64,000 nt of DNA from an uncultured Candidatus Saccharibacteria bacterium (GTDB lineage: Bacteria > Patescibacteriota > Saccharimonadia > Saccharimonadales > UBA7683): assembly GCA_964632215.1 (NCBI GenBank), contig CAZWBG010000002.1:8561-72560 (forward strand), written 5' to 3'. Shown piece after piece: positions 44,696 through 54,570 of this stretch. Both the position numbers and the translations under genes were made by a program. Each line of letters begins with the position of its first letter. Within the stretch, counting starts at the first letter, position 1. Below the pieces are notes generated by a model that was not told the origin of the DNA, made no database searches, and saw only the letters and a list, made by a program, of their open reading frames with translations.

Positions 44696-45256
44696 ATGAT
44701 AAAAAAGTCTTCCAAGCCAGCCCATGAACCCTCCTTGCAAGCACGAATGCTACGCACGACTTCTTTACATTTTTATATACTTATTGCTTATGGAGCAGCT
44801 ATTATTGCGTTCGATTCATGGAATCTCATCACTCACGAAAGTGTTGCCCAGAGATGGACATACGGTGGTGCTCTGGCGATTGTCTGTTGTGTAGTCTGGT
44901 TTTTGTTAAAACGCTATACGCTCAGTACACGCTCGATTACATTTATTACATACGCACTTATTACGGCAGATATTTTATTTGCCGCTTTTAATGTTTACGC
45001 GCAGCGTGGCATGGCCAGTAAGGCCGTAATGCTCTTTGCACTGCCCCTGTTGGTCGCATATCAGTTAAAAGACAGAGCAACACTATTGGTAACAGCTGGA
45101 CTTTCAGTTACCGCCTACTCTATCGCAGCAGTACGTTACTTTCATCTTTTTTACGGAGAAGGCTACCGAATAGAACTCTACGGCGAAGTTGGTTTTTATA
45201 GCGCCCTCATAGTAGTGTTCGCACTTCTTCTGATGCCCTTCGCTAAACGTCCGTGA
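44696..45256 (+). CDS. Hypothetical integral membrane protein (about 5 TM segments)
   Basis: ORF track; repeated hydrophobic segments. Confidence 0.6.
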   Translation: MIKKSSKPAHEPSLQARMLRTTSLHFYILIAYGAAIIAFDSWNLITHESVAQRWTYGGALAIVCCVVWFLLKRYTLSTRSITFITYALITADILFAAFNVYAQRGMASKAVMLFALPLLVAYQLKDRATLLVTAGLSVTAYSIAAVRYFHLFYGEGYRIELYGEVGFYSALIVVFALLLMPFAKRP

Positions 45257-45261
45257 CTTGC

Positions 45262-45717
45262 TTAACTAATATCTTTAACTTCGTAAGTAGTCTTGCCTGC
45301 AGGTAGATCGATCTCCACTTTATCAGCAACTTTTTTACCCATGAGAGCTTGGCCGATTGGAGATTGGTCTGATATTTTTGCCTCAAGTGGATCTGCCTCA
45401 ACTGAATCAACAATATGATATGTTACAGATTTACCACCATTACCAAGAGTTACGGTACTACCGATACTCACACTACCCTTAGGAATCTTAGCAATAACTT
45501 CAGAATTAATGAGAATATGCTCGATCTCGGCAATGCGGTTCTCAACACGCTCTTGGTCTTCTTTAGCGCTATGATACTCAGCATTTTCGCTCAGATCACC
45601 CTGGTCACGAGCAACTTTAATAGCTTCAATAACTTCTAATTGTTTTTCTTTCAATTCAGTAAGCTCAAGGTTAAGCTCTTGTACGCCCTCTTTAGTCAAT
45701 CGAAATTCTTTTTTCAT
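45262..45717 (-). CDS. greA: Transcription elongation factor GreA
   Basis: LTKEGVQELNLELTELK...ARDQGDLSENAEYHSAKEDQ is the GreA coiled-coil signature. Start at the ATG at 45717 (MKKEFRLT). Confidence 0.93.
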   Translation of the reverse strand: MKKEFRLTKEGVQELNLELTELKEKQLEVIEAIKVARDQGDLSENAEYHSAKEDQERVENRIAEIEHILINSEVIAKIPKGSVSIGSTVTLGNGGKSVTYHIVDSVEADPLEAKISDQSPIGQALMGKKVADKVEIDLPAGKTTYEVKDIS

Positions 45718-45866
45718 ACATATGTCCTTTATCTGAGCAAATATTATAGAAAACAGCTCGCTCTTAAGATACACTACCCTTTACCTCGTGCTCACCAATT
45801 CACTTCTGAAAATTGTAGCAGGTGTAAAATGGTTTGTAAACGCGACTTTTGTAAGTTAATAATTTA

Positions 45867-47285
45867 TTAATAACTTTGGGCAAATAACCAGACGTCCGAA
45901 GCCGGTTCACCTGTATAAAAATCGGTCCCTGCTTGACCTGTTGCAATCTTACAACGGCTCACGGCTTTAGTCTCTTCTTTAATCTTGGCTTCTATTTCAG
46001 AGTTATCATTCCAGCATACTTTCACAAAGCCCTTATGTTCAGCTAAAATTCCCTTGAACTCTTCGTATGAGCTGGCTCCTCGAGTATTTTCATCTCTTAT
46101 TTGACGTGACCGTTCCAATAGGTCTGACTGGATGGTCTCCAGTAGCAGAGGTACCTCGGTAGTAAGTTGAGATTTTACAACCTTACTATCTTCTCCTGTG
46201 TCACGCCGTTTTATGGTAACTTCTTGAGCCTCAACCTCTTTAGCACCAATCTTAAAGATAAGTGGCACACCCTTTACTTCCCACTTATTGAGCTTGAAGC
46301 CAAATCGTTCGTCATCACGCGAATCAAGCTCCACACGTACACCAGACTTATGTAGCTCAGCCCGTAATTCCTCGCAGTATTCTAGCAACTCTGGTTCAGT
46401 TTGCACCGGCACAATCACTACCTGAATTGGCGCCAGATTAGGCGGCAACACTAGACCGTTATCGTCACCATGAGCCATAATTAGGCCACCTATTGAACGA
46501 GTCGAAAGACCCCAGCTAGTTTGCCAGACATACTGTTCGCTACTGTCTTGTGATTGAAATTTTATGTCGAAAGTCTTTGCAAAGTTTTGACCCAAATCAT
46601 GCGAAGTACTACTTTGTAGCGCCTTGCCACTTGGAAGCAAGATCTCAAAAGTTAAAGTATCGTCAGCTCCTGCGAAGCGTTCACTTGTAGACTTGCTACC
46701 CACATATCCATCGAGTGCAAAGTGATCTCTATAGACTTGAGCGTACATATCCATCACCCAAACCTTAGTTTCGGTAGCCTCCTCGTGCGTAGCATGAGCT
46801 GTATGCCCTTCCTGCCACAGGAACTCACTTGTACGCAAGAATGGCAAAGTCCGCCTCTCCCAGCGCACCACATTGCACCATTGATTCATCTGCATTGGCA
46901 AATCACGCCAAGACTGGATCCACTTAGCATACGAACTATATATAATAGTTTCACTCGTAGGTCGGACCGCTAGAGACTCCTCTAGTTCTTGTCCACCACC
47001 ATGAGTCACCACTGCAAGTTCTGGCGCAAAACCAGCCACGTGACTTTTTTCTTTCTCCAGAAATGACATCGGTATAAGTAACGGGAAGTAAGCATTCTGT
47101 ACTCCTCGAGCTTTGATCATAGGGTCTATCACCTTTTGAATATTTTCCCACAGTGCATATCCATAGGGCTTAATAATCATAGTACCCTTCACCGGACCAT
47201 AATCGGCTAGGTCAGCTAGTTGGATTACTTTGGTATACCACTCAGCTGGGTAGTCTTTTTTATTGGGGAGAAGTTCTTTAGCCAT
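45867..47285 (-). CDS. proS: Proline--tRNA ligase, archaeal/eukaryote-like type
   Basis: DYPAEWYTKVIQLADLADYGPVKGTMIIKPYGYALWENIQ. 472 aa with no bacterial INS editing domain and a C-terminal Zn-domain-like tail. Confidence 0.93.
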   Translation of the reverse strand: MAKELLPNKKDYPAEWYTKVIQLADLADYGPVKGTMIIKPYGYALWENIQKVIDPMIKARGVQNAYFPLLIPMSFLEKEKSHVAGFAPELAVVTHGGGQELEESLAVRPTSETIIYSSYAKWIQSWRDLPMQMNQWCNVVRWERRTLPFLRTSEFLWQEGHTAHATHEEATETKVWVMDMYAQVYRDHFALDGYVGSKSTSERFAGADDTLTFEILLPSGKALQSSTSHDLGQNFAKTFDIKFQSQDSSEQYVWQTSWGLSTRSIGGLIMAHGDDNGLVLPPNLAPIQVVIVPVQTEPELLEYCEELRAELHKSGVRVELDSRDDERFGFKLNKWEVKGVPLIFKIGAKEVEAQEVTIKRRDTGEDSKVVKSQLTTEVPLLLETIQSDLLERSRQIRDENTRGASSYEEFKGILAEHKGFVKVCWNDNSEIEAKIKEETKAVSRCKIATGQAGTDFYTGEPASDVWLFAQSY

Positions 47286-47329
47286 AGCCTTTAGTTTATC
47301 AGATTATACCCTGGGGACGAATTCCTATA

Positions 47330-48043
47330 TTAGGTTTTAAACACAAAGAGCAGTAAAAATGCTGCGAGGTTCTTCAGAGCGTGTAATGCAATAGCCGGTA
47401 CGATACTCTTGCTTCGCTCGACCAAAAAACAGAGAATTAAACTAAGTGCAAAAGTATCTACTGCTACGTTCCACTGCCCATGCGCTACCGCAAAAAGTCC
47501 GCTCACAACAATAGCACTGGCCCAAAAAGGCAGGTGTACCCGCAAGCCTTTAAAAAGTACGCCCCGAAACAGCGTTTCTTCCAAGATCGGCGTTAATACC
47601 ACTAAGGTCAGGAAGGCGAACAGGAAGTCACCTCCTTGTAAATTAGAAAGACCTACGTCTTGTACTTGATCAGTCTGAAAACCAGGAATCAAACGAGTAG
47701 CGACCATGGTGAAAACGAGGGAAATAGCTAAGTAAACCAAAAATGCTGGTGGTATCAGCCATAATGACTTAAGGGGTGGTTGCCTCCAGCCGATAGACCG
47801 CCATGTGTAGCCACTTATTTTAAATATAGTCGCCAAGCTACCTAGCATCACCACCAGGTTTACTGCAATGAAACAAAATACTCGCTGGGAGTCTGTAGCC
47901 AAAAAACCAGAAAAAAGTTGTACTGATAAGGCTGCTACAAACTGCGAGGCCAAGAAAAGTAGCATAGAGCCAAATAGGACAACGAAAGGATTAACCCAAA
48001 ACTTTTTAGGTACAGTTTTTGTAAGGAGAGAAAGTTGTCTCAT
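47330..48043 (-). CDS. CPBP family intramembrane glutamic endopeptidase (CAAX protease-like)
   Basis: PILEETLFRGVLF (EExxxR) and FAVAHG (FxxxH) motifs; polytopic. Confidence 0.85.
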   Translation of the reverse strand: MRQLSLLTKTVPKKFWVNPFVVLFGSMLLFLASQFVAALSVQLFSGFLATDSQRVFCFIAVNLVVMLGSLATIFKISGYTWRSIGWRQPPLKSLWLIPPAFLVYLAISLVFTMVATRLIPGFQTDQVQDVGLSNLQGGDFLFAFLTLVVLTPILEETLFRGVLFKGLRVHLPFWASAIVVSGLFAVAHGQWNVAVDTFALSLILCFLVERSKSIVPAIALHALKNLAAFLLLFVFKT

Positions 48044-48046
48044 AGG

Positions 48047-49147
48047 CTAGAAGAATCGTCTGATGTCCAATACGGTGATCAACGCCGCAAGCGTTAGTAG
48101 CACAAGCATACCCGTACCGTGAATCTTCTCTTCCGTATCCTGCGTAAGTGGCTTCTTCATGATTCTAAAAAGCGCCATCACAAATAGCCGCCCACCATCA
48201 AGAGCCGGGATTGGTAAACTGTTCATAACAGCTAAGCTCACTGAAATGATTCCTATTAAAAAGAGTACGAAGACAAAGCCCTGGCTTGCGAGATCTTTAA
48301 GTGTTACTACAATACCAACTGGTCCAGTTACGCTTTGAGCAGCCTGAGAGCCCCTACCTTGAATCAGTGAGGATATCGCACCAAATAAGCCCTTAAATGT
48401 TTCAACCGTGAATTGCACCGTAGTACCTATGCCCACGATCGGTGCCGACCATGTCGAGCGAACTAGGATAGATTCACCTGGTGCAACACCAAAATTACCT
48501 CGAGTAGGGTCGTCACGTAATTGCACAGCACTGGTGTGCGTCTGGTCTTTATCCTTAAACACCACCGCTACTTCTTGGTCCGCATAGAACTTTGTGGTAT
48601 CACGCAGTACTTCTGAACTCGTAATGGGCACACCAGCCACCGAAATAAGTTGGTTTCCCACCTGTAGGCCACTCTGCTCGGCAGGTGAATCTGACTCAAC
48701 CCGTCCAGCAAATACTCGCTGCTGTACAACCTTGGCATCAGATGAAACCTGGAACTGATTTTCAACCAGCTGTGGCATGCCAATAAGGGCGATGGCTGTG
48801 AAGATTATTGCGGCTACGAGCCAGTTCATCAGCACTCCCGCGGCAATAATTAAAGCTTTTTGCCAAAACCGAGCGGCTCCAAAAGTACCAACTTCGGTTG
48901 CAGCATCATGTTCACCCTTCAACTTTACGAAACCACCAATTGGCAACCAGTTAAGTGTGTAGGTTGTACCTCGTTTCTTAGTGAGCACCTTAGCTCGCGG
49001 TGGAAAACCGAGGCCGAATTCTTCAACTTCTACGCCATTTTTACGCGCAGCAATAAAGTGCCCATACTCATGCACCACCACCAACAATATAAATAGAATG
49101 ATTCCCAGAGCTATTAACACTAGTTGCCCCCAAATCGTCGATTGCAA
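48047..49147 (-). CDS. rseP: RIP metalloprotease RseP (site-2 protease, M50)
   Basis: HEYGHF zinc motif, an internal PDZ domain, and NSLPIPALDGG. The start is either the TTG at 49147 or the GTG at 49120, which overlaps the uppS stop. Confidence 0.9.
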   Translation of the reverse strand: MQSTIWGQLVLIALGIILFILLVVVHEYGHFIAARKNGVEVEEFGLGFPPRAKVLTKKRGTTYTLNWLPIGGFVKLKGEHDAATEVGTFGAARFWQKALIIAAGVLMNWLVAAIIFTAIALIGMPQLVENQFQVSSDAKVVQQRVFAGRVESDSPAEQSGLQVGNQLISVAGVPITSSEVLRDTTKFYADQEVAVVFKDKDQTHTSAVQLRDDPTRGNFGVAPGESILVRSTWSAPIVGIGTTVQFTVETFKGLFGAISSLIQGRGSQAAQSVTGPVGIVVTLKDLASQGFVFVLFLIGIISVSLAVMNSLPIPALDGGRLFVMALFRIMKKPLTQDTEEKIHGTGMLVLLTLAALITVLDIRRFF

Positions 49148-49824
49148 GAAGCAAAAGTTTCGAGTGCTTGCCCGAGCTCCTCTTTCGTAAAAGAAGGCCA
49201 GTGTGTAGTCGTAAAGTAAAGTTCAGAGTAGGCCACTCGCCAGAGCATAAAGTTACTAATACGTTGTTCGCCGGACGTCCGAATAAGTAGATCTATTGGT
49301 GGAATCTCCGGGTGATATAAGTTCTGGGAAATAAGTTCTTCAGTTACATCTGTCCGATCAACCCCTGATGCAATAATCTTTTTTAGTGCATCAGTTATTT
49401 CTTGTTTACCACCATAGTTAAAACAGATTGCCAAAGTACCACCAGTGTTGTCTTTGGAGTCGGCCTCAGCCTGGCGCCACGCTTTAACCAGCTTGGGGTC
49501 AACTCGGTCTTCTATGCCAAGTACTTTGATGCAAATATTTTCTTTAATAAGCTCTTTGGCATCTTTGGTTGCAATCTTCATAGCTAGTCGCATAAGGTAA
49601 TCCACCTCTTCTTTCGTACGGTTCCAGTTTTCAGTAGAAAATACGTAAGCCGAGACGTAGGAAATACCTAAATTAAAGGCTTCTTTGGCAATTGTCTTAA
49701 GGTTGTCATAACCCTGGCGGTGCCCCTCTAAGGTTGGTAACCCTCGCTCCTTAGCCCATCGGCGGTTACCATCTAAAATTAAACCAAGGTGTACAGGAAT
49801 AGTAGATTCTGTAGTGTGAGACAT
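49120..49824 (-). CDS. uppS: Isoprenyl transferase (undecaprenyl diphosphate synthase)
   Basis: HLGLILDGNRRWAKERG and IRTSGEQRISNFMLWRVAYSELYF. Start at the ATG at 49824. Confidence 0.93.
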   Translation of the reverse strand: MSHTTESTIPVHLGLILDGNRRWAKERGLPTLEGHRQGYDNLKTIAKEAFNLGISYVSAYVFSTENWNRTKEEVDYLMRLAMKIATKDAKELIKENICIKVLGIEDRVDPKLVKAWRQAEADSKDNTGGTLAICFNYGGKQEITDALKKIIASGVDRTDVTEELISQNLYHPEIPPIDLLIRTSGEQRISNFMLWRVAYSELYFTTTHWPSFTKEELGQALETFASCNRRFGGN

Positions 49825-49861
49825 TGTGTTTAAGTATAGCACGAGCTCTGTAACGCGTGCT

Positions 49862-50413
49862 TTAGACTTTCATAATTTCAGCTTCTTTAGCTCTCGCAAG
49901 TTCATCGACTTTCTGATTGAACTGATCAATCATTTCTGTAACCTGCTTTTCGACGCGTTTTACATCGTCTTCAGAGAGCTCTTTGGCATCTTTTTGACGC
50001 TTAGCGTCTTTCATAGCATCGTGTCGGATATTACGCAGACTTACCCGCGCTTCTTCCACTGTATCACCAAGTGATTTTACAATTTGTCGGCGCCGTTCTT
50101 CAGTCAGTGGCGGCATCGGTACTCGCACTACGCGGCCATCATCACTCGGATTAAGATCAAGTGACTGTTCATTGTGGATTGCAGTGACAATCGCTTGTAA
50201 GTTCGTTGGATCAAACGGTGTAATTTGTAGTAGTTGTGGCTCTGGTGCAGAAATAGATGCTACTTGCACAAGCGGAGTTAATACCCCGTAAGCCTCTACT
50301 CGTAAACTCTCGACAATACTTGGGTGAGCTCGGCCAGTACGAACTTTTTTGAGCTCTTCGTCTAAATGCTCAGCTGCGTTTTGCATTTTTGTTCGATAAC
50401 TCGCTACATCCAT
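49862..50413 (-). CDS. frr: Ribosome recycling factor
   Basis: LKKVRTGRAHPSIVESLRVEAYG and EERRRQIVK; 183 aa. Confidence 0.95.
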   Translation of the reverse strand: MDVASYRTKMQNAAEHLDEELKKVRTGRAHPSIVESLRVEAYGVLTPLVQVASISAPEPQLLQITPFDPTNLQAIVTAIHNEQSLDLNPSDDGRVVRVPMPPLTEERRRQIVKSLGDTVEEARVSLRNIRHDAMKDAKRQKDAKELSEDDVKRVEKQVTEMIDQFNQKVDELARAKEAEIMKV

Positions 50414-50504
50414 TACTTCTCCTCTTTATATACCTAGGTACTTATTGTAACCTACTAGCCATAACTTATGAAGTCGCCTACGCTTACTTGGCTCTTTAGT
50501 AAAT

Positions 50505-51104
50505 CTAGTTACTGACTTGGCCGAGTTCGATACGCTTGAACTGCCGAATAACAGTGTTCTCACCAAATTTTGCAATGTTTTCTTTCAAATATTGGTCAAC
50601 TGTTTGGTCAGGGTTTTTAATGTAAGGCTGATCGAGCAAACATTTTTCAGCAAAATGCTTCTTAAGCATGCCAGCAACGATGTTCTCAACCATATTCTCA
50701 GGCTTGCCCTCAGCTTTAACCTTCTCACTAAATTCTTCAGCCTTTGCCTCACGCTCAGCCGCAGGTACGTCTTCGATCGAAACATATTCAGGACTCACCG
50801 CTGCAATGTGCATCGCAATATCATGTACGAAAGCCTTGAAGCCATCAGTGCGTGCTACAAAATCAGTTTCACAGTTCACCTCAAGCACTACACCAATACG
50901 ACCACTATGTACGTAAGCGTCTACAAGACCCTCACGAGCTTCACGTTCACCTTTTTTTTCAGCCTTTGTGAGACCTTTTTTGCGCATAGCCTCAAGTGCC
51001 TTGTCAAAGTCACCATCATTGTCTACAAGTGCAGCCTTTGCATCTGTTAAGCCTGCACCTGTTAAATCTTTTAGTCGCTTGATCTCTTCAATCGCTACTT
51101 TCAT
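50505..51104 (-). CDS. tsf: Elongation factor Ts (short form, 199 aa)
   Basis: IKRLKDLTGAGLTDAKAALVDNDGDFDKALEAMRKKG (UBA-like N-terminus) and EVNCETDFVAR. Confidence 0.93.
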   Translation of the reverse strand: MKVAIEEIKRLKDLTGAGLTDAKAALVDNDGDFDKALEAMRKKGLTKAEKKGEREAREGLVDAYVHSGRIGVVLEVNCETDFVARTDGFKAFVHDIAMHIAAVSPEYVSIEDVPAAEREAKAEEFSEKVKAEGKPENMVENIVAGMLKKHFAEKCLLDQPYIKNPDQTVDQYLKENIAKFGENTVIRQFKRIELGQVSN

Positions 51105-51200
51105 TCTTTACTCCTTCTTCAATTCACAATTTACAGTTTACTTACCTGCCCCGCTTTCGATATCCATAGTTCGCACTGAATGGAAAACAGTAAACAGCTA

Positions 51201-51911
51201 CTACTCCTCAGGATTTTTTTTCTGAGTTGCTTTTCCTTCATTAATAGCGGCTACTACATATTCCAGCAATAGTTGAATTGCCTTAAGGGCGTCGTCATTG
51301 GCTGGAATAGGATAATCTACCACTGTTGGATTTACATTGCTATCAGCTACGCCAACAACAGGAATATGAAGTCGTTTTGCTTCCTTAACAGCCAAATGGT
51401 CGGTTAGTATGTCTGTTACATAAACTAAACCAGGCTGGCCTTGCATGTCTTTAATACCACCATACAAGTGATTCATATGGTCAATTTCTTCTTGGAAACG
51501 CTGTACCTCAAGCTTGTTGTAACGGTTTACGAGTTCACCGCTCGCCATTTTTTCTTCAAGTTCTTTAAGGTATTTAATTCGCCCATTCATAGTAGTGGTA
51601 TTAGTAAGCATTCCACCTACCCAACGATTCACAACGTAAGGCATGCCAGTATCCTCGGCAGCCTTTTGAACAATCGCCTGAGCTTGTCGCTTCGTACCAA
51701 CCAATAGTACCTGCTTGCCTTCGCTGACGGTTTTTGTAATAAGCGGCAATACCACTTCTAGCGCCTCAACTGTTTTAGTGAGGTCAATAACATGATTACC
51801 AGCCCGCTTACTATGTAAGTAAGGAGCCATTTTTGGGTGCCAACGGCTGGTCGTGTGGCCAAAATGAGCACCACTCTCTAATAGTTTCTTGATATCGACA
51901 GATACTGCCAT
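51201..51911 (-). CDS. rpsB: 30S ribosomal protein S2
   Basis: LLESGAHFGHTTSRWHPKMAPY. ATG at 51911 with an AAAGGA Shine-Dalgarno about 8 nt upstream; the ORF-track GTG at 51935 was rejected. Confidence 0.95.
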   Translation of the reverse strand: MAVSVDIKKLLESGAHFGHTTSRWHPKMAPYLHSKRAGNHVIDLTKTVEALEVVLPLITKTVSEGKQVLLVGTKRQAQAIVQKAAEDTGMPYVVNRWVGGMLTNTTTMNGRIKYLKELEEKMASGELVNRYNKLEVQRFQEEIDHMNHLYGGIKDMQGQPGLVYVTDILTDHLAVKEAKRLHIPVVGVADSNVNPTVVDYPIPANDDALKAIQLLLEYVVAAINEGKATQKKNPEE

Positions 51912-52041
51912 ATGATAAATCCTTTCGTTCTTCACGAGTGAGCTACTGTAACGAATCTGAAGTCAGTTTCGTTCAGAAGGATTCTCTCTCCCGCTGCTTT
52001 AAATTATTACTCTTCTATTCTAACAGATAACACTATCCGTT

Positions 52042-53871
52042 TCAAGCTGCTTCATTTTTGAGCTGACGACGGAACATCCGCACGTATTCGCCATTTTTTC
52101 GAGCCGCCAGCTCCTTGTGCGTCCCTTGCTGCTCAACACGACCATCTTTTAGAACATAGATGTGATCAGCATTTTCAATAGTTGTTAATCGGTGACTGAT
52201 GGTGATGACTGTATTACGATTCTTTTTATCAAACAGACGATCGAAAATATTAGCCTCAGCCGAAGCGTCAATTGCCGAAGTTGGCTCATCTAAAATAATA
52301 ATTGGTGCTTGACGATAAAAGTTACGGGCCAATCCAATCCGCTGCCATTGGCCGCCAGAAAGCTGCACACCCCCATCTTCCTCAAACCAAGTAGCTGCTG
52401 GAGTGTCCAGGCCTTTTGGTAAATCTGCAACAATCTCTCGCGACTCAGCCGCCTCTAACGCTTTATTAATTCTTGCGGTACTCGGTTTGCTGTCCATATC
52501 ACCAAATAAAACATTGTCGCCCACTGTTGTGAAGCTATATGTAGTAAAATCTTGCAGCAAGACCCCGACCTGACGATGCCAACTCGCAATGTCGTACTGA
52601 TCAAGTGGCTGGTCGTCTAAATAAATAGTACCGCTCGTTGGCTGGTAAAAGCCTAGTAATAGTTTGATCAAAGTTGATTTACCGGCACCATTCTCACCCA
52701 CTATCGCTATATGTTGGCCAGCATCAATTGTCAACGATAAATCTGTAATTACATTCTTTAACATATTAGGGTAGGTAAAACTAACGTTTTCAAAACGAAT
52801 CGTTTGCACGGGCTTAGTAAGTTTCTTGCCACCCATTTGCGTAATAGGCAATGCCATAAAATCATTGTAATCTTTAAGCTTCGAGAGATCTTCATCGGCT
52901 GCACCAAATTCACGGATAAACTCACTCGAGGAATTCAAGGCTCGGCTCACTAGTTGCTGCACATAGACAAATTGGCCAATTGGATAAACGCGGGCGCCAA
53001 TCTGCACCACTACCCACACTAAACTGCCTATTTCTACCAACGCTTCAAGCGCATCGCTCAGCAGGCGCCATTTAATAAAGCGCTTCTCAAATATCAGGCG
53101 TGCACCTTGGTCTCTATTACGAAACCGTACACGCATAGCAAGCATGGTTTTTGCCAGATTGTACAGTCGCAGCTCTGGCACTACTTTTGGCTGGATCATA
53201 TTATACTCAATATAGCTTTGTTTCCGTCGATCTACGACCGTAGCCCGCCAGTGTTTAATCTGAAAACGTGATAGCCGATATTGAACGTACATACCTGGCA
53301 AAATCGCTACAGTTAGTATCAACGAAAGCCAAGGAGTTACGAAACCCAAGGCAATCACCGCGGCGACTATCCCAAACATAGTCTGAAAGAGTCGAGCAAC
53401 TCGGTCAAAAACATAGGCAAAAAAGTTCGTGAAATCACGTGCTTTTTCATACAAATCAGCCGTCTCCTTGTCGTCATAGCGCCATAAGTCCAAGCTCGCA
53501 AAGCGTTCGTAGAGCATATCCGAAACTCGGGACTCAACTCGAAAGCGCACCACTTGGTCGATATAATTGCCCAGACTTGACTGTAAAGCCGTAAGTAATC
53601 CCAAAACGGCAGTTGCCGCTACAAACCACAGCGCTTTAGTTTGAGCCCCTGCTACACCATTAAAAGCAGCGGCGATCTGTGTCGTTGTCTGAGCGGCAAA
53701 GTAGGCAGTTGCCAGTGGGAATATAGCATCAGTGATAGCTGTAAATATTTTAAAACTAATCGAAGAACGTGAGATTGAAAAAGAAATTTTCAAGACCTTC
53801 CAGACAGCACTCAAGTACTGTCGGATAGTCAACCGCTCTTCTCTATCTGTTGCAACTCTACTCCTAGGCAT
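52042..53871 (-). CDS. ABC exporter, fused permease/ATPase (type I exporter)
   Basis: Six-TM N-terminal domain, Walker A GENGAGKST, signature LSGGQWQR, Walker B IIILDEPTS. Confidence 0.9.
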   Translation of the reverse strand: MPRSRVATDREERLTIRQYLSAVWKVLKISFSISRSSISFKIFTAITDAIFPLATAYFAAQTTTQIAAAFNGVAGAQTKALWFVAATAVLGLLTALQSSLGNYIDQVVRFRVESRVSDMLYERFASLDLWRYDDKETADLYEKARDFTNFFAYVFDRVARLFQTMFGIVAAVIALGFVTPWLSLILTVAILPGMYVQYRLSRFQIKHWRATVVDRRKQSYIEYNMIQPKVVPELRLYNLAKTMLAMRVRFRNRDQGARLIFEKRFIKWRLLSDALEALVEIGSLVWVVVQIGARVYPIGQFVYVQQLVSRALNSSSEFIREFGAADEDLSKLKDYNDFMALPITQMGGKKLTKPVQTIRFENVSFTYPNMLKNVITDLSLTIDAGQHIAIVGENGAGKSTLIKLLLGFYQPTSGTIYLDDQPLDQYDIASWHRQVGVLLQDFTTYSFTTVGDNVLFGDMDSKPSTARINKALEAAESREIVADLPKGLDTPAATWFEEDGGVQLSGGQWQRIGLARNFYRQAPIIILDEPTSAIDASAEANIFDRLFDKKNRNTVITISHRLTTIENADHIYVLKDGRVEQQGTHKELAARKNGEYVRMFRRQLKNEAA

Positions 53872-53929
53872 ACTTTCCTATCTATAAGTTACTTCTAAGT
53901 ATATCCGAAAGCTAAAGTAGATACGATAC

Positions 53930-53958
53930 TTGCAAATTATGTCTCTAACAGATATAAT
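53930..53958 (+). promoter_or_regulatory. Near-consensus sigma70-type promoter upstream of rpmE
   Basis: TTGCAA (53930-53935), 17-nt spacer, TATAAT (53953-53958). About 87 nt upstream of the rpmE ATG. Confidence 0.65.
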
Positions 53959-54045
53959 AGGCCAGTCATTATCTCGGTATATCCGAAAACGGCTGCAGTT
54001 GCCCACTGCTAACCGTACACTTAAACGGGCAGGAGTCATACTAAT

Positions 54046-54501
54046 ATGAAGAAAGATCTGCACCCAACAGATTACCGCTTGGTTGTTTTCCAGGACACAT
54101 CAAGTGATTTTAGCTTTTTAACTCGCTCTACCGTTGCTGCCACTGAAACTATCAAGTGGGAAGACGGCAACGAATATCCGCTCATTAAAGTACACGTTTC
54201 AAGCGCCTCGCACCCATTCTTTACTGGTGAAGAAAAGATTGTAGATATCGAAGGTCGTGTTGATAGGTTTAAATCTCGTACCGCTGCTGCCGCTAAAAAA
54301 CGTGAAGAAGCTTTGGCTCGCAACAAGAAGCCAGCTGCAAAAAAAGCTACGGCGAAGAAGGAAGTTACCGAAGCCTCTCCAGAAGCTCCAGTTAAAAAGA
54401 AAGTTACGAAAAAGCCTGCTGAGAAAAAAGCTGCTCCAAAAACTCAGGACAAAGAAGTTACTGAGACTCCAAAAGAAACAACAACTGAAGCTGAAAAATA
54501 A
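54046..54501 (+). CDS. rpmE: 50S ribosomal protein L31 (Cys-less, type B-like) with a ~70-aa Lys/Ala/Glu-rich C-terminal tail
   Basis: [17 protein letters not shown]...HPFFTG...GRVDRFKSR is the L31 core and contains no Cys. The tail is [28 protein letters not shown]... Confidence 0.9.
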   Translation: MKKDLHPTDYRLVVFQDTSSDFSFLTRSTVAATETIKWEDGNEYPLIKVHVSSASHPFFTGEEKIVDIEGRVDRFKSRTAAAAKKREEALARNKKPAAKKATAKKEVTEASPEAPVKKKVTKKPAEKKAAPKTQDKEVTETPKETTTEAEK

Positions 54502-54513
54502 CTTCAGTTCCTG

Positions 54514-54552
54514 AAAAACACCGTTTCGGCTTAGGTTTGAAGCGGTGTTTTT
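54514..54552 (+). terminator. Rho-independent terminator/attenuator between rpmE and prfA
   Basis: AAAAACACCG (54514-54523) pairs with CGGTGTTTTT (54543-54552), ending in a T-run. prfA starts 18 nt later. Confidence 0.65.
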
Positions 54553-54570
54553 AGTAGAATAAGAGACAGT

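Noticed and set aside
50517-51050. 177-aa plus-strand ORF antisense to tsf. Similar long antisense ORFs occur at 34976..35386 (secA), 43369..43797 (lysS), 40183..40545 and 61743..62171.
   Set aside because: Each lies fully within or across well-supported genes on the other strand. The translated sequences are low-complexity (Ser/Leu/Phe/Cys-rich) with no motifs. They are typical shadow ORFs.
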